This document shows, in pieces, positions 39,193-56,943 of a stretch of 64,000 nucleotides of DNA. Location: NCBI GenBank assembly GCA_951406725.2, contig OX597820.1:17484001-17548000 (forward strand), written 5' to 3'. Position 1 is the stretch's first letter. Every line of letters starts with the position of its first letter. Under the pieces are notes generated by a model. That model did not search any database, was not told the origin of the DNA, and saw only the letters and a program-made list of their open reading frames with translations. A program made the position numbers and the translations under genes. This stretch comes from Octopus vulgaris (taxonomy: Eukaryota).

Positions 39193-39261
39193 GGGAATAA
39201 TATTCCAAACTTACAGGGAAATTTCAATTTAGAAATTCTAAATCAAATTTCGCAAAATATA

Positions 39262-39325
<64 letters not shown>

Positions 39326-39470
39326 GTTTTATTTATTATTTTGCACATTACTTAATCATTGGTATACGTTTTTCTCTTATATCTAATTTTTTCTATAGGA
39401 TGTAATTTTTTTCTGTATGCTATAATTTAATTTTTTCATTGTTGAATTGATAAAAGGTGTGTTTTTTCTA

Positions 39471-39502
<32 letters not shown>

Positions 39503-39696
39503 ATACATTATGTATGTACATTTGTGTGCGTGTTTATATATTTATATACATATGTGAGTGTTTGTGTGTATGTGTGTGTATTACTATATGTGTAAATATA
39601 AGTATACATATATATTCGAGTATGTATACACACACATTTATACACACATGGCCTTCTCTATGAAAGCTTTATATGTGTGTGTGTGTGTGTGTGTGT

Positions 39697-39744
<48 letters not shown>

Positions 39745-40324
39745 TTATGCGAACATGTAGTCAAATGTATGATTTCACATTTTATGTCAAATAACGCCCT
39801 GCTGACACAATTCCTGGTAAAGTAATACAATATGGAAATGATTTGTCTTGGAAGGAAATAATTCTCTTCCGTGACATGATGGAATATCAACCACTGACTG
39901 GTTATTTGATACAAGCATTCAGAGACATGAAAATTAATTAGAAATATGTTGAAAACATTGGCTAATAACAGGGTTGGTTTTGTTGAATATTTGCAGTGTA
40001 ACAGTATGTCAGTTTGTTATGCAAATGTCTTAGGATCAGATATTCGGGTCAAGGACGATTGGTGGATTGCAATATAGATTCACCAGAGAGAAATACGTAT
40101 TTCTTCTTTGTGCCATTTTCACCGATTATATAAAAATTCTATTGAATAATCGGCTGATTCCGAAATATTGCTTATGCCAAGTTGGCTTTTGACAACAAAT
40201 AAAATGAAATGGTGTTCTATAAAATTAACTAGAATTTTTTTCTACTATAAGCACAAGGCCTGAAATTTGAGGGAGGAGGAAAGTCGATTTCATCGACACA
40301 AGTGCATAACTGATACTTATTTCA

Positions 40325-40401
40325 TTCGAACAAGGGAGGTCAGCCGCTTCATCCTGCCAGTCTGACTGGCGGGATGAAGCGGCTGACCTCCCTTGTTCGA
40401 A
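40325..40401. repeat. 38-bp-arm GC-rich palindrome with 1-nt loop at the 5' end of an insert running into (TA)n
   Basis: TTCGAACAAGGGAGGTCAGCCGCTTCATCCTGCCAGTC-T-GACTGGCGGGATGAAGCGGCTGACCTCCCTTGTTCGAA, one mismatch. Confidence 0.9.
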
Positions 40402-40620
40402 GGTTATAATGGATGCAGTTTGTGTGTCAAATAGCTAGCTTAAGGCGATGACCTCATGGAGCGAATCAGCGACAGCTTTAGTCTTATATTTATAAGACTG
40501 CCATATTAATATGGCGATAACTATTAATTTCCAGTAACGCTGCCGAAATCTCTTTTAGAGAGACTTAGTAATTTTAATATTTCTATTATATGTATATATG
40601 TATATGTATATATGTATATG

Positions 40621-40667
<47 letters not shown>

Positions 40668-40861
40668 ATATATATATGTATATATGAATATGTATATATA
40701 TATATGTATATATGAATATGTATATATGTATATATATATGAATATGTATATATATATGTATATATGAATATGTATATATGTATATATGAATATGTATATA
40801 TGTATATATGTATATATGTATATGTATATGTATATATATATGTATATATATATGTATATAT

Positions 40862-40893
<32 letters not shown>

Positions 40894-40898
40894 GTATG

Positions 40899-41245
40899 TG
40901 AAGGCGCATGGCTCAGTGGTTAGAGCGTCGAGCTTACGATCGTGAGGTTGTGAGCTCGAATCCCGGTCCGGGCTGCGTGTTGTGTTCTTGAGCAAAGCAC
41001 TTTATTTTCACGTTGCTCCAGTTCACTCAGCTGTAGAAATGAGTTGCGACGTCTCTGGTGCCAAGCTGTATCGACCTTTGTCTTTCCCTTGGATAACACT
41101 GGTGGCGTGGAGAGGGGAGGCTGGTATGCATGGGCGACTGCTGGTCTTCCATAAACAACCTTGCCCGGACTTGTGTCTAGGAGGGTAACTTTCTAGGTGC
41201 AATCCCATGGTCATTCATGACCGAAGGGGGTCTTTACCCTTACCC
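40899..41245 (+). mobile_element. SINE with family C-like tRNA head and a different 3' tail, embedded in (TA)-rich microsatellite
   Basis: TGGCTCAGTGGTTAGAGC A-box, GCTCGAATCCC B-box, TGTGTTCTTGAGCAAAGCACTTT CORE-like segment, tail (TTTACCC)2. Confidence 0.85.
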
Positions 41246-41300
41246 TTTTATATGCATATATATATATATATGTATATGTATATGTATATATGTATATATG

Positions 41301-41391
<91 letters not shown>

Positions 41392-41637
41392 CCGCACGTA
41401 TACACTCACATGCACATATATAAAAGTATTCATATATGCATAGATGCACATACAATTATATATATGAAGAGAAGATTCGGTGAATTCAAGGAGGGATGTA
41501 TACTGAACGAAACTACACAGCAACTGATTCTCTTTCACCCAGATGCTCCCAGCTCGTCGCAGACCGTTGCTGGCGCTTTGTGCGTCGTTAATCGAAACGC
41601 TGTGCATTACCTGAGATGTTTTATGTTTAAAAAATAA

Positions 41638-41693
41638 TGTTCGTAAACCGATTTGTTCATGGTGAGAGGTGTTCGTAAACCGTGGTTACACTG
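41638..41693. mobile_element. TcMar/Tigger-type terminal repeat end
   Basis: Two GTTCGTAAACCG repeats then TGGTTACACTG|TA (CAGTG terminus plus TA). Partner end not found. Confidence 0.5.
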
Positions 41694-42299
41694 TATAAAT
41701 AAAATACGTATGCATACACACTCACATATAGCCGCACAAACTATTGTTTTACTTCCATTGATTTATTTACTCTGACGTCGATTAAACGTCTACAATTTTT
41801 TGTTTTATTTACTCGGTGAATACTCAAGTGACAACTAACTACAAGGTGACATAATTTATTACTTGAAATGCTATTCATAAGTACCCCAGTGGATAAGTGC
41901 GTTGACTGGCTGAATTCAGAATTAAGCGTTTCCTGTGCAGTCGATATGTTTAAGTTCCCTCATCTCCAATAATATTTTCTCACGTATTTCTCAATCGATA
42001 CTCCAACACGACATCTGACGAAATTACATGGATATTTTGTTTTAGTATTATGCAACATTACACAAACTTTGTTTATTGTAACGTTCAATTAAATAATAAA
42101 TAACTAATCTCATGGAAACGATCGTAACATCATGAAAATCGGCTTCATTCTTTATTCACGTATATTATCATTATTAATGTCGGACAAAATGCTTAGTAGC
42201 ATTTCTTCCATACTTTACATACTGGCTTCAATTTCTTTCAAGTTACCTTTGCGTCTCAGTCGATCGGGATCGATAAAATAAAATACTAGACGACATAAC

Positions 42300-42369
<70 letters not shown>

Positions 42370-42730
42370 CGTGTGTTGAAGAATTTGTCTGAACTTAGAA
42401 CAGAATTGATTGTTGACTATGTTTTCATTCTTTAGGAAACGATAAAATAAGTACCAGTTAAGCACTGGTGCTGATGTAATCGACGTACCCCCTCCCTCGA
42501 AGCTGCTGGACTCGGTCTAAATTTGAAACCATTATTATTTTTTCCTTCTTTCTTCAAATTCTCTTCCGTTTCTCGCCGAGTGTTTTCCGTACACTCTAGA
42601 GCAGAGAAGCTCATTGTATGCATTCCCAGATTTCACACGCAAATTCACAGGAAAAATATGTATTTAAAAAAATGTATAAATAAATAAATTCATGAATGGA
42701 TGTTGTTTTCACAGCCATAATGTTCTTCTC

Positions 42731-42765
<35 letters not shown>

Positions 42766-42907
42766 AAGGCGGTGAACTGGTAGAATTGTTACTTCGGGCA
42801 AAATTCTCAGCGGTAAATTGCTTAGGTACCAGTGGAGTACTGCGGTCAATGTAATCGAATTCACCCCTCCCCACAATATTTCAGGCCTTGTACCTATAGT
42901 AGAAAGG

Positions 42908-42960
<53 letters not shown>

Positions 42961-42995
42961 GGCAGCGAGCTGACAATCATTACTACACTGGGCAA

Positions 42996-43648
<653 letters not shown>

Positions 43649-43802
43649 GACATACAGCTAATGCTGGCAAAATATTTCAGGACTTTCACTGCCTGCGTAT
43701 AGTTGAAAGAACCCCCACCCCACCCCACAAAAGAACAAAAAAAAAAAATCTGTAGTATTACCAAGTTTGTTTCAAATGATTTGAAATTAAACGCCGTTAT
43801 AT

Positions 43803-44050
43803 AAAAGCGCGTGGTCTAGTAGTTATGACGTTGCGCTCACGACTGGAAAATCATGGTTTCGATTCTCAAGTCAGGCAGTGCAATGTGTTCTTGAGCAAAA
43901 CACTTCGTTTCACTTTGTTCCAGTCCACTTAGCAGTAAATGAGTAATCTGCGAAAGACTAACGTCCCTTCCAGGGACACTGTGGGGATCTCAGTCACTTC
44001 CAAGCCACGGAAACCGGATAACCGGCCTTTTGAGTCCCGAGACTCAAGAG
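43803..44050 (+). mobile_element. SINE family C, diverged
   Basis: Homologous to 29580-29830 and 50788-51022. Confidence 0.75.
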
Positions 44051-44114
44051 TGTAATAGTATCCAGAATTGATAATGTTGACGTTATATCGCATCGCAAAA
44101 TGTTAAAGTTGATT

Positions 44115-45187
44115 AATGCTGCGAGCAGGCAGAATCTTTAGCACGCCGAACTGTTCTTAGTGGTATTTCGTCCGTCTTTACGTTCCGAGTTCAAATCCCG
44201 CAGAAGCTGACTTTGTCATTCATCGTTTCGTGGTCGATAAAATAAGCGACAGTTAAACAATGGGGTCGATTTAATCGATCAAGCCCCTCCCAAAAACCTG
44301 CTGAACTTGTGCTTAAATTTCTAGAATGGTTGAGGCGGTGAGCTGGCAGAAACGTTAGCAATCCGGGCGAAATGCTTAGCGGTATTTCGTCTGCCGCTAC
44401 GTTCTGAATTCAAATTCCGCCGAGGTCGACTTTGCCTTTCATCCTTTCGGGGTCGATTAAAGAAGTACCAGTTACGCACTGGGGTCGATATAATCGACTT
44501 AATTCGTTTGTCTGTCCTTGTTTGCCCACTCTGTGTTTATCCCCTTGTGGGTAGTAAAGAAATAGAAATAAGTATTTCGTCCGTCTTTACGTTCTGAGTT
44601 CAAATCCCGCAGAGGACGACTTTGCAGTTCATCATTCGAAAATCGCTAAAATAAGTACAAGATGACACTGGGACCGAAATTACTGGCCTTGTTCCAAAAT
44701 TTGAATCCAATAAATTTAACCTGATTTTTCTTATTCCTCGTACTTCACTTTATATTTATACGTACTTTTATTCCTAAACTACCTATTCCTTTACTACCCA
44801 CAAGGGGCTAAACACAGAGAGCACAGACAAACGGATTAAGTCGATTACATCGACCCCAGTGCGTAACTGGTACTTATTTAATCGACCCCGAAAAGATGAA
44901 AGGCAAAGTTGACCTCGGCGGAATTTGAACTCACAACGTAACGCAGACGAAATACCTATTTCTTTACTACCCACAAGGGGCTAAACACAGAGAGGACAAA
45001 CAAGGACATACAAAGGGATTAAGTCGATTACATCGACCCCAGTGCGTAACTGGTACTTAATTTATCGACCCCGAAAGTATGAATGGCAAAGTCGACCTCG
45101 GCGGAATTTAAACTCACAACGTAACGGCAGACGAAATACCGCTAAGCATTTCGCCCGGCGTGCTAACGTTTCTGCCAGCTCGCCGCC
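44115..45187. mobile_element. Cluster of SINE B copies (three on +, dimer 44783-45187 on -)
   Basis: Family B sequence. The dimer is flanked by TTCCTAAA(C/T)TACC direct repeats. Confidence 0.85.
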
Positions 45188-45466
45188 ATATTGTTCCTAA
45201 ATTACCGACACAAACATATATGTGCATGCTTTTTTTCTTTTATCATTTTGTCATTGGTGTTTCGTAATTACCATAAAAGCATTATTATATTCATCGGTTT
45301 TTCGCGTCATTCTTTGTAGTTCTACCTCTTTATTGATGTAAAAGTAAAACGTTGCTTTTCTTTTTAGCCTCGAATAACGATACTGTGTATATTCGTTCCA
45401 GTAAATTTGATCACCTTCTCTCCTTTCTTGGAAGCCATGTAAATTTGGTGGTTATGTACTGCATGC

Positions 45467-45511
<45 letters not shown>

Positions 45512-45539
45512 TGTGTGTGTATCTTTCCTTCGATGTAAG

Positions 45540-45540
45540 C

Positions 45541-45571
<31 letters not shown>

Positions 45572-45649
45572 CATATAGATATATGAACATACTAGTACAT
45601 GTAAGTCAACGTAAATCAATGTAAACCTGTATATCATATATATATATAC

Positions 45650-45680
<31 letters not shown>

Positions 45681-45711
45681 CATATATATATACATATACA
45701 TATATATGCAT

Positions 45712-45745
<34 letters not shown>

Positions 45746-45747
45746 GC

Positions 45748-45784
<37 letters not shown>

Positions 45785-45791
45785 TATATGC

Positions 45792-45834
<43 letters not shown>

Positions 45835-45863
45835 TATATATATACATATACATATATATACAA

Positions 45864-45912
<49 letters not shown>

Positions 45913-45939
45913 TATGTATATACACATATATATATACAT

Positions 45940-45995
<56 letters not shown>

Positions 45996-46010
45996 GTATG
46001 TATGTATATG
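45540..46010. repeat. Compound (TA)n/(CA)n microsatellite
   Basis: Directly visible. Confidence 0.95.
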
Positions 46011-46664
46011 AACGAGATGCATGTGTGTGTTTGTGCAAAGTTATTGCAATGAAACTAGCATTTTAGATTTTTTAAAAACGCCGAGCAACTAAGTAATCTA
46101 GTCACTGTGTGTCTAACGTTACACCATATTATTATGTTAAGTAGGCAATGGTATATTGGAAATCTGTTGTACATATGTTGGGGTGAGTATGAGGAAGATT
46201 TCAATATTCAATTATACCTGTTTACATACACATGTCCCTCCCCCCGCCTCAAACACACACACACACACATATATATACATATATATATACATATATGTGT
46301 AGGTAGATATATGTAAGGTTGTATATGCATCAGTGTGCGTTTAATATAACCTGATGCATAATAAAATTTCCAATATCGCAATGCCTACTTGAAAGAAATT
46401 TTATGATGTAATACTAAGCAACAGGGAAAAATTGCTTAATTCCAAGTGTTTCTCTTTGAGTCTTTTAATCTGAAATTTTACTGCTTTGCCATAAGTTTCG
46501 TAAAATATTTAATCCCTCCCCCCAGTACCGAATTTAAAGCATTAAAGACGACTGAAGAAATTGTTTGACAATAACATCCTAACCGCTAAACATATATTTT
46601 CTATTCTTCCTCCTCAGACAAATATATTTGTGTTTTCTCTATATGTATGTATGTGTATGCATGT

Positions 46665-46768
<104 letters not shown>

Positions 46769-46887
46769 ATGTATATATATATAGCAATAATAATGTCTCT
46801 AAATGTGTGTGTGTAACTGCTCCATAACATAAGGGACTAAAGCCATCTGAATATGGCTAGGGACAGGGCAGTGTGGGGTGTTATGTT

Positions 46888-47311
<424 letters not shown>

Positions 47312-47383
47312 ATGTCGGTGGTGTAACGGTTAGCATGGTTGCCTTCCAAGCAGTCGATCCGTGTTCAACTTCCGGCCGACGCA
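47312..47383 (+). tRNA. tRNA-Gly(TCC), degenerate and probably a pseudogene
   Basis: 72 nt ATGTCGGTGGTGTAACGGTTAGCATGGTTGCCTTCCAAGCAGTCGATCCGTGTTCAACTTCCGGCCGACGCA. Anticodon TCC at 47345-47. TTTT at 47391-94. Position 1 is mismatched and the T-stem is disrupted. Confidence 0.8.
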
Positions 47384-47459
47384 ATGGTAATTTTATCCTT
47401 TGAATCTAGTTTTTCTACTATATATTAGGTTGTCAAGCAAGTTCTGGCGGAATTTCTAT

Positions 47460-47869
47460 AGGCGTACGAGTGGGTGTGTGGTAAGTAACTTGCTTACCAA
47501 CCACATGGTTCCGAGTTCAGTCCCACTGCATGGCACCTTAGACAAATGTCTTCTACTGTAGCCGACCAAAGCTTTGTGAGTGGATTTGGTAGACGGAAAC
47601 TTAAAGAAGCCCGTCGTATATATGTATGTATATATATATATGTGTGTGTGTAGGTGTATATGTTTTTGTGTCTGTGTTTGTCCTCCCAACATCGCTTGAC
47701 AACCGATGGTGGTGTGTTTACGTCCCCGTAATCTAGCGGTTCGGTAAGAGAGACCGATAGAATATGTACTAGGCTTACAAAGCATAAGTCTAAGTTGTGG
47801 GGTCGATTTGCTCGACCACAGGCGGTGCTCCAGCATGGCCAGAGTCCAATGTCTGATACAAGTAAAAGA
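47460..47869 (+). mobile_element. SINE A, full length
   Basis: Family A arms with an internal microsatellite. Confidence 0.85.
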
Positions 47870-47893
47870 GTATGCGTATAGATATATATATAC

Positions 47894-47940
<47 letters not shown>

Positions 47941-48312
47941 TGTGTGTGTGCGTATGTAATATATATTTTGATATCTTCGTCATTATTGCTGTTGCATTTA
48001 TTTGTTAATTTGGTTTCATTTTCGGCCTCCATTTATGAGAGTCTACTCTCCAACCTCCCTCCCCCCTCTCTCCTTTCCACAACTTACTTTTTTTTTCTTT
48101 CTGTGCGTCATTTTCGAGTTTGGTATTTCGTCATCATTGTAGTCAGAATGCAAACCAACCAGCACGCGAAGATACGCCCACATTTACAAACACACATCCA
48201 CAACACAGACACTAAATTGTGAATGTATTCATGCAGTTTAAGTGTGATACAGTTCCACTTTGTATACGTAAATACTGTACAATAAGCGTAATTCTGATAT
48301 CCCTATATATTA

Positions 48313-48349
48313 TAGATAGACAGGCAAGTAGACAGACAGACAGACATAC

Positions 48350-48429
<80 letters not shown>

Positions 48430-48463
48430 GGATGGATGGATGGATGGATGGATGGATGGATGG

Positions 48464-48498
<35 letters not shown>

Positions 48499-48644
48499 CA
48501 TAGACAGATGGATGGATGAATAGATAGATAGATAGATAGATAGACATGGATGGATGGATGGATAGATAGACAGATAGATAGATAGATGAATAGATAGATA
48601 GATAGATAGATAGATAGATGGACAGATGGATGGACAGATGGATG

Positions 48645-48675
<31 letters not shown>
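48313..48675. repeat. (GATA)n/(GGAT)n microsatellite
   Basis: Directly visible. Confidence 0.95.
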
Positions 48676-49944
48676 GTAATGATGCGATCACGAATGGATA
48701 AATGCATACACATAGTAAGAATAAGTACTCACAGATACGCGTACACAAACACACACATCGCTGATGATTTGATTCCGATTGGCACTGCAGGTCGATAAGA
48801 TATATTATTGATAAGCGAAATTGTTCGTGAAATAGGGAGTCAAATTCTATTTTAGATATGATTATCGTCGTCGTCATCATTATCATCTTACGAATCAGTA
48901 GCAACGGCGGAAGTATCATGACTATATTGTATCCCCGTCGACATCGTCTTCTGTGTCACCAGCGATTTAGCTATCTTTCTTGCCGTCGCCATTACTGACG
49001 ACTGTATTAAATGTTTCTCATTAGGCATTATCAGAAATTCAGACAACATAAGCAATTTCTTGTGTTATTGCGACGTCTTTGTTCGCACCAACGAGGAAAA
49101 ATCAACAGAATGTCAAATTGATTGATAGTTTCATCGGTTTCAACCAACTTCGATATGAATTATAGAGTTTCGAGTTGCAACATTTCCTCACATACGATAA
49201 ATACATTAAGATATTTTTGCTGCTTTTATTACGGTGTTGTTACTCATGTAGTCGTTGCGGTAAGTGTTACTATTGTCCATAAAAAGTGAGGTAGATGATT
49301 GTTACTTTTCTTATAGTTGTTAGATTTATTTTCATATGTTTTCAATAGAGGAATAAGCAAGCATCCGATATGCATTGTCAGTAATTCTTTTGATATAAAA
49401 GAGAAACGTATATATTTCTGGATTACAAACGACCGCTTCTTTTTAAACTTTACTAAATTATTAGGTTCAATATATGTACGCAATTTACCTTCATGTGATG
49501 AATATTTGTTTCATAGTTTTCAAGATATCAAACTTTTGTGCAGCTGAAATGGTTTTCTATGATTTGTGAGTATTAATCGAGCTCTCCGACTTAACGTTCG
49601 GGCTAGATAATGTGAAACAACTTATAGCGATCTCGAATCTACTTAATGCTAAAAATGCTGAAGGATAATCTACTTCTAGTTAAGTAGGGTCTCACTCTAC
49701 GTTAGAGGTTTACTTCTAAACCTGCAATAATAGCAGTGAATAAACCTTGCAATTTCAAACTTATATGAAATCCTAAAGGGGGCTCTTAAAGTTGACTTCT
49801 ATTTGCAATAATGGCCGCTCGCTGCTAAATTTAAGACTAATACCAGAATATTCTGGAAGATCCTTATCATTCAGCTAGGTTGCTGGCACTGCATAGAATT
49901 TCCTATATGCTAAAATTATTTTTCCGAAAATGGCGGTAACACCT

Positions 49945-50137
49945 TCCTATGTCCGTCCACTGATCCTGTTGGCTCTGTTTTACTGCCTTCCGGATTCTTG
50001 AAGCATCCTTTTCCTTTTTCCACATCCTGTAAAACCAAGTCTTTCTCCATCTTTCTCTCGGCCTCTAACCACCATTCCATTTTTGTTATACCAAGTTTCT
50101 GCCTTATCAGCCTGAGCGTGTAGGTGATACTACCATT
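49945..50137 (-). mobile_element. Hero/R2-group (RLE) non-LTR retrotransposon fragment
   Basis: RQKLGITKMEWWLEAERKMEKDLVLQDVEK (frameshift) EKDASRIRKAVKQSQQDQWT resembles the RxGLG...W..A...LV...KAVxQxQQGxWT segment. Second copy at ~60250-60442. Confidence 0.6.
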
Positions 50138-50787
50138 GTCAGAAAAATGATTTTAGCATAATGTAAATTCCATGCAGCGCAAGCAATCTAGCTTAATAAT
50201 AAGGGTCTTTCAAAATATTCTTGTGCTAAAATCCTTTTTCTGACAAAATATATATGACATACAAAACAACTTGTCTTTTTCCAAGCATCATAATATTCAA
50301 TCCCTAACTCATCTCAGTATTACACACAACTTCGTTTCAGCCGAACCTTAAATAATTCTACTTAATTGCGATTTGTCACACAACCTTTGCTTCATTCAAT
50401 TTCCTACTTCAATTTACATGGGTTAGCAATTTGTTTTTGCATTTCCCTCTCTGCAGCTCATCGAAATTTTATATTCTGTATTCATTAATTGACCATACAT
50501 TTCTTCTAGCCATTTCACTCCAACACTTCAGATATACGAAATCAATTCCACTCAAGAAATCATAAATGCCTGTGTGGTAAAGATGTTGACCTTTTCGATA
50601 AAGCGTTAAAATCTCCTACAGTTTATAAACCGCTAAGTCAATTTCAAATTACAGAAAGAAGCTGCTTTATTTAGCAGTTGAGCAAGAAATCAGCGGGAGC
50701 GAGGAAGACCACGCAGTGCGTTGTCGTGATAACTGCAAATGTACTAGATAACTACTTACAACTTTTTCTGTACTATTTTACCTACAG

Positions 50788-51022
50788 ATGGAGGCGCGTG
50801 ACTTAGTGGTTAGGGTGTAAGCATCATGATCGTAAGATTGCGGTTTCGATTCCTGGACCGGGCGACGCGTTGTCTTCTTGAGCAAAACACTTCATTTCAC
50901 GTTACTCCAGTCCACTCAGTAACGCTGCGATGGACTGGCGTCCCGTCCAGCTAGGGAACACATACGCCATAGAAACCGGGAAATTGGACCCATGAGCCTT
51001 GCTAAGCTTTAAAAAGGGCGCA
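50788..51022 (+). mobile_element. SINE family C
   Basis: tRNA-like head, CORE-like segment, GCGATGGACTGGCGTCCCGTCCAG (V-domain-like). Duplicate at 61093-61327. Confidence 0.85.
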
Positions 51023-51721
51023 TTTATTATATTTTTTAAAATTTTACCCACAGAAGATGACACAAGAACACGTGGTCAGCCTGGTGGCTAGTTATTGTAA
51101 GGGAGATAATCACTTACAGATCAATCATCGCGGGATTAGCAGTTTGATATTTCAATTAAAGACCAGTTCATCAAATAGTCTCACTCAGGCTGTGTTTTCT
51201 TCATATACGTTATAAACATCAATCAACTTTAATAACCTCGATAGCCTTTCGACAATACTGCTCCTTCACACTTGATGTAGGCCAGTACACAGCGCTAATA
51301 AATTAGTTTTCTTAAGTTTATACATTAATAATTATTTACGCTCTTAACTTTTAACCTTATACTTGTATTCTTCAAATTAATCTGTATCTGACTGGAAGAA
51401 GTAAAAGATAAAAGGCTTAAATCGTACGTTGCGAAAAATATTTCGGTATTTTTTTCATTCTCATAACTACATTATATCTTGTAAGTTCATGGAAAATATT
51501 CGTCGTTAAAAATTCATGAAATAATTCTCTTTTAGACATAAATATGACGTCAAAGAACCTTGTACTGGAAATTATATTCTCCACGGAACATAAGAAATGA
51601 CAAACGTGTCATACTGTTTATATTGTAGCTTGGGATTTCATACTATATAAACATAAACAAATATACAGAGCGCAGATGGAATGAAGGACAAATACTGTTT
51701 ACATACAAATATTGTTTACGT

Positions 51722-53320
<1,599 letters not shown>

Positions 53321-53473
53321 ATACAAATACACTAATATACATTATAAATATATGAATGAACGTACCTATATAAGCATTCATAATCCTATGCCATCCAACA
53401 ATTCAGATCTATGCATATAAACATACATTAACAGACAAAATACACAGACAATGCATATAGAATTTTCATATTA

Positions 53474-53864
53474 TCTCTATATATATAAAGCTGAAGTTGT
53501 CTGTGTATGGCAGGTTTGGTAGCCTTCAACTAACACTATCTCCTCCGAGACCCTGCGGTGCAAGTTGACCAAAATTGAGAGTATGATAGAAGAAGACTTG
53601 CTCTTCCTTCCGTAGAAGAAAAAATTCATATCGGACCATGTTAACACCAAAAATTATTTACATCAAAAAGGTGCTTTTTTTCTATGAAAATCCCTATTTT
53701 TTACGATTTTTTGACTGCTGCGTCGCCATTTTTCGGTGTATTTCAACCAGACAAATGTTCACTAAAAGAGAATAACAAACTACATAATGCAAAAGTTTTA
53801 CTTTTCAAAAGTTCCAATTCTAAAGAGTCGAAACAAACCCGAGCAAGCCGGGCGATATTGCTAT
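53474..53864 (+). mobile_element. Non-autonomous Helitron
   Basis: 5' A|TCTCTATATATATAAA. 3' hairpin CCCGAGCAAGCCGGG followed by CTAT|T (CTAG-like). No TSD. Partial duplicate at 63739-64000. Confidence 0.75.
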
Positions 53865-54356
53865 TAATATGTAAACAAGGAGTTTATTCTCATATATATT
53901 GCTTCTTAGGAAACATTAACGTATACAGTCATACCTACACATTTCCAAATTACATATATTTAGTAAGACCATTGTATGTTTCTGTTATCATCGTCATAAA
54001 AACTATTGATTTTACTATTTATAATTAATCATTTTTTTTTTTTTTTTTTACTATATCGATCTGTTTACTTTGTTCAGCTACGATTTTCTTTTGTACAGTA
54101 CATTATTATAACCGACTGAAAATAAAGAACAAAATAACGGCACACAATCATAATCGATAAACAAAAATGTCACATGTAATAAACGATATCGTATATATGA
54201 ATTATCAAGTCAACCTCAATATAAGCGTAGAATAATGTTTGTTTGATTGGTTTCGAATGAAACAAAGGAAATTTATTTTCTAAATTGAATCAACTGTTTA
54301 TTTTCATACACGTACAACCACAAACATACCGACATACAATAGGTATACTATATATG

Positions 54357-54398
<42 letters not shown>

Positions 54399-54424
54399 GG
54401 TGTACACTCAAAGGTGTATATGTA

Positions 54425-54474
<50 letters not shown>

Positions 54475-54482
54475 CGTGTATA

Positions 54483-54513
<31 letters not shown>

Positions 54514-54522
54514 GTAAGTATG

Positions 54523-54567
<45 letters not shown>

Positions 54568-55464
54568 GCACGTGTATGTGTGTATTTATGTATATATATA
54601 CTGTGCGTGTGTATGTATGCGTGTATGTGTGTGTGTTGTAGGTGTATGTATGTACATATTTTGTGTACGGATGTGTATAAGGGTATAGTATTGTTATTAT
54701 TACTGTTGTTATAATAATTATTATTATTATTAGCAGCAGCAGCAGTAGTAGTAGTAGTATACAGGAGTGGCAGCGCACCTAATTCTAACCTTTGATGAAC
54801 GCAGCTGGATACGTATATGTGTTTGTGTGCGTGTGTATGTGTGCGTTAAAAAATATAATTTTATTTAAAAAACATAAGCCGTCCCCGGGAGATGTGTCAC
54901 CACTCACCCTACTCAATACTCCCAACATACAAAACCTACATACAAAACCTACCAGGTACACCTCCTCACTGTCTGGCTTTTTTTTTTTTTTTATCACCAC
55001 CAATCCGTCATTACACCCTGAGTATTGTTTCAGGAAGTGAGCTGAGAAAAATAGATTCAAAATGGCAGCCAGTTCAGTAGGCAGAGTCACGTCTGAATAA
55101 CTGAGAATTTTGAATATATATGGTTATATAAGTGTTTAAATATGTATCAATACAGAAAATATTTTACGCACTCTGGATAAATTGTAACAATTTTTTTAAA
55201 TAGAAGTAAGCACACTAATATAAAATTCCTCTCATCATTTATTTCACCAGCGGCGAAGAATTTTAAAAATTATTCTTCTTCTCTGAAGCCCTTTCAGCGT
55301 ATAAACTTTGTCGTTGCTTTGAATTATTTTGCATTATTAGAATTTTTTATTGCGCATGCTGTTCATGCTACATGTGCATACATACATATATACATACTTA
55401 CACGCATATAGGTACATATATACATACACATATAGACACATACATACGCATATACGTGTTTATT

Positions 55465-55509
<45 letters not shown>

Positions 55510-55661
55510 TCTTTTACTCTTATACATGTTTCAGTCATTTGAGTGTGGCCATGCTAGGGCACCGCCTTTAGTCGAGCAAATCGACCACAGGACTTATTCT
55601 TTGTAAGCCTAGTACTTATTCTATCGGTCACTTTCACCGAACTACTACAGTTACCACACAG

Positions 55662-55712
<51 letters not shown>

Positions 55713-55815
55713 TTAAAAGGGCGGGCAACAATATATATATAAGGATATATATATATATGCATATAGAGTGTATACTCATATATAATATATATATATATAT
55801 ATATAAGAGTGTATA

Positions 55816-55859
<44 letters not shown>

Positions 55860-55860
55860 A

Positions 55861-55914
<54 letters not shown>

Positions 55915-56204
55915 ATATACATCTGTTAGGACGATTTATACCAATACATATATATACATAAGAAGATATTTCTAAGGATTAAGATGTGCTGAGGAAGGTA
56001 AGAACTTTGAGCCAAACCAGAAACCGGTCCACATATATACCTATTCCATTAAATATATAGTTTTATGCTATAATGGTATGTGAGAGATCTTATTATGTTC
56101 GTTCGCCTGTATACCGTTGTCTCAGTTATTTTCTGTGTAATTTTCAGTGTAATACTTTTGTACGTGATTGTATGCATATGTTTGTATGTGTGTTAGTGTG
56201 AGTA

Positions 56205-56277
<73 letters not shown>

Positions 56278-56659
56278 GTGGGGTACTGTAAATTCGAGAG
56301 AGTGATAAAGCTCTTTTGTCATAGGTGATATTTAGGGTTGAAAATTAGCATGCAGGATACGAGACTCCATAATGATGTGAATTAATGGAAATTATTCAGT
56401 TAATGGATGTAATTAAAAATGAAGTTTCAGCAATGAAAATTTTAAGCAAATTAAAACAAGATATTATTAGCAATAAACATATGCTCATCCTCAGGTTGAA
56501 GTCAACATTTTGAACAATATAAAATCAAAATTATTCTCAGTGGTAAAAGTATAAGTGAGACCTATCTTCAACCATTACCTTTTGTGTTGATACATTAAAT
56601 ATATTATCGAAAATTATAGAATATAAATTCAAACGTATGCACAGTGATATGCAATATTT

Positions 56660-56943
56660 TTTCAACCCTAGCCAGGCTCATGGGCCCGGTTGCCCGGTTT
56701 CTGTGGCGTATGTGCCTCCCCCCCCCCCCAGCTGGACGGGGCGCCAGTCCATTGTAGTGTTACTCAGGAAACAGGAAGAAAGAGTGAGAGAAAGTTGGGG
56801 CGAAAGAGTACAACAGGGGTCGCCACCACCCCCTGCCGGAGCCTCGTGGAGCTTTAGGTGCTTTCGCTTAATAAACACACACAACGCCCGATCTGGGAAT
56901 CGAAACCGCGATCCTCCGACCGCGAGTCCACTGCCTAACCATT
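56660..56943 (-). mobile_element. SINE with tRNA-Arg-like head, distinct middle, and family C-like 3' half
   Basis: GGGAATCGAAACC (B-box on minus). CTGGACGGGGCGCCAGTCCAT and CATGGGCCCGGTTGCCCGGTTTC match the family C tail. Confidence 0.8.

Noticed and set aside
39940-40100. Possible second exon (FVMQMS-LG-Q-like words)
   Set aside because: Needs two frameshifts, and the acceptor lacks a pyrimidine tract.
40899-40975. tRNA-like heads here and at 29580, 43803, 50788 and 61093 as tRNA genes
   Set aside because: They continue into SINE bodies and lack a complete acceptor stem and terminator.
50136-50246. ~26-bp imperfect inverted repeat as a MITE
   Set aside because: No TSD or recognisable terminus, and too short to classify.
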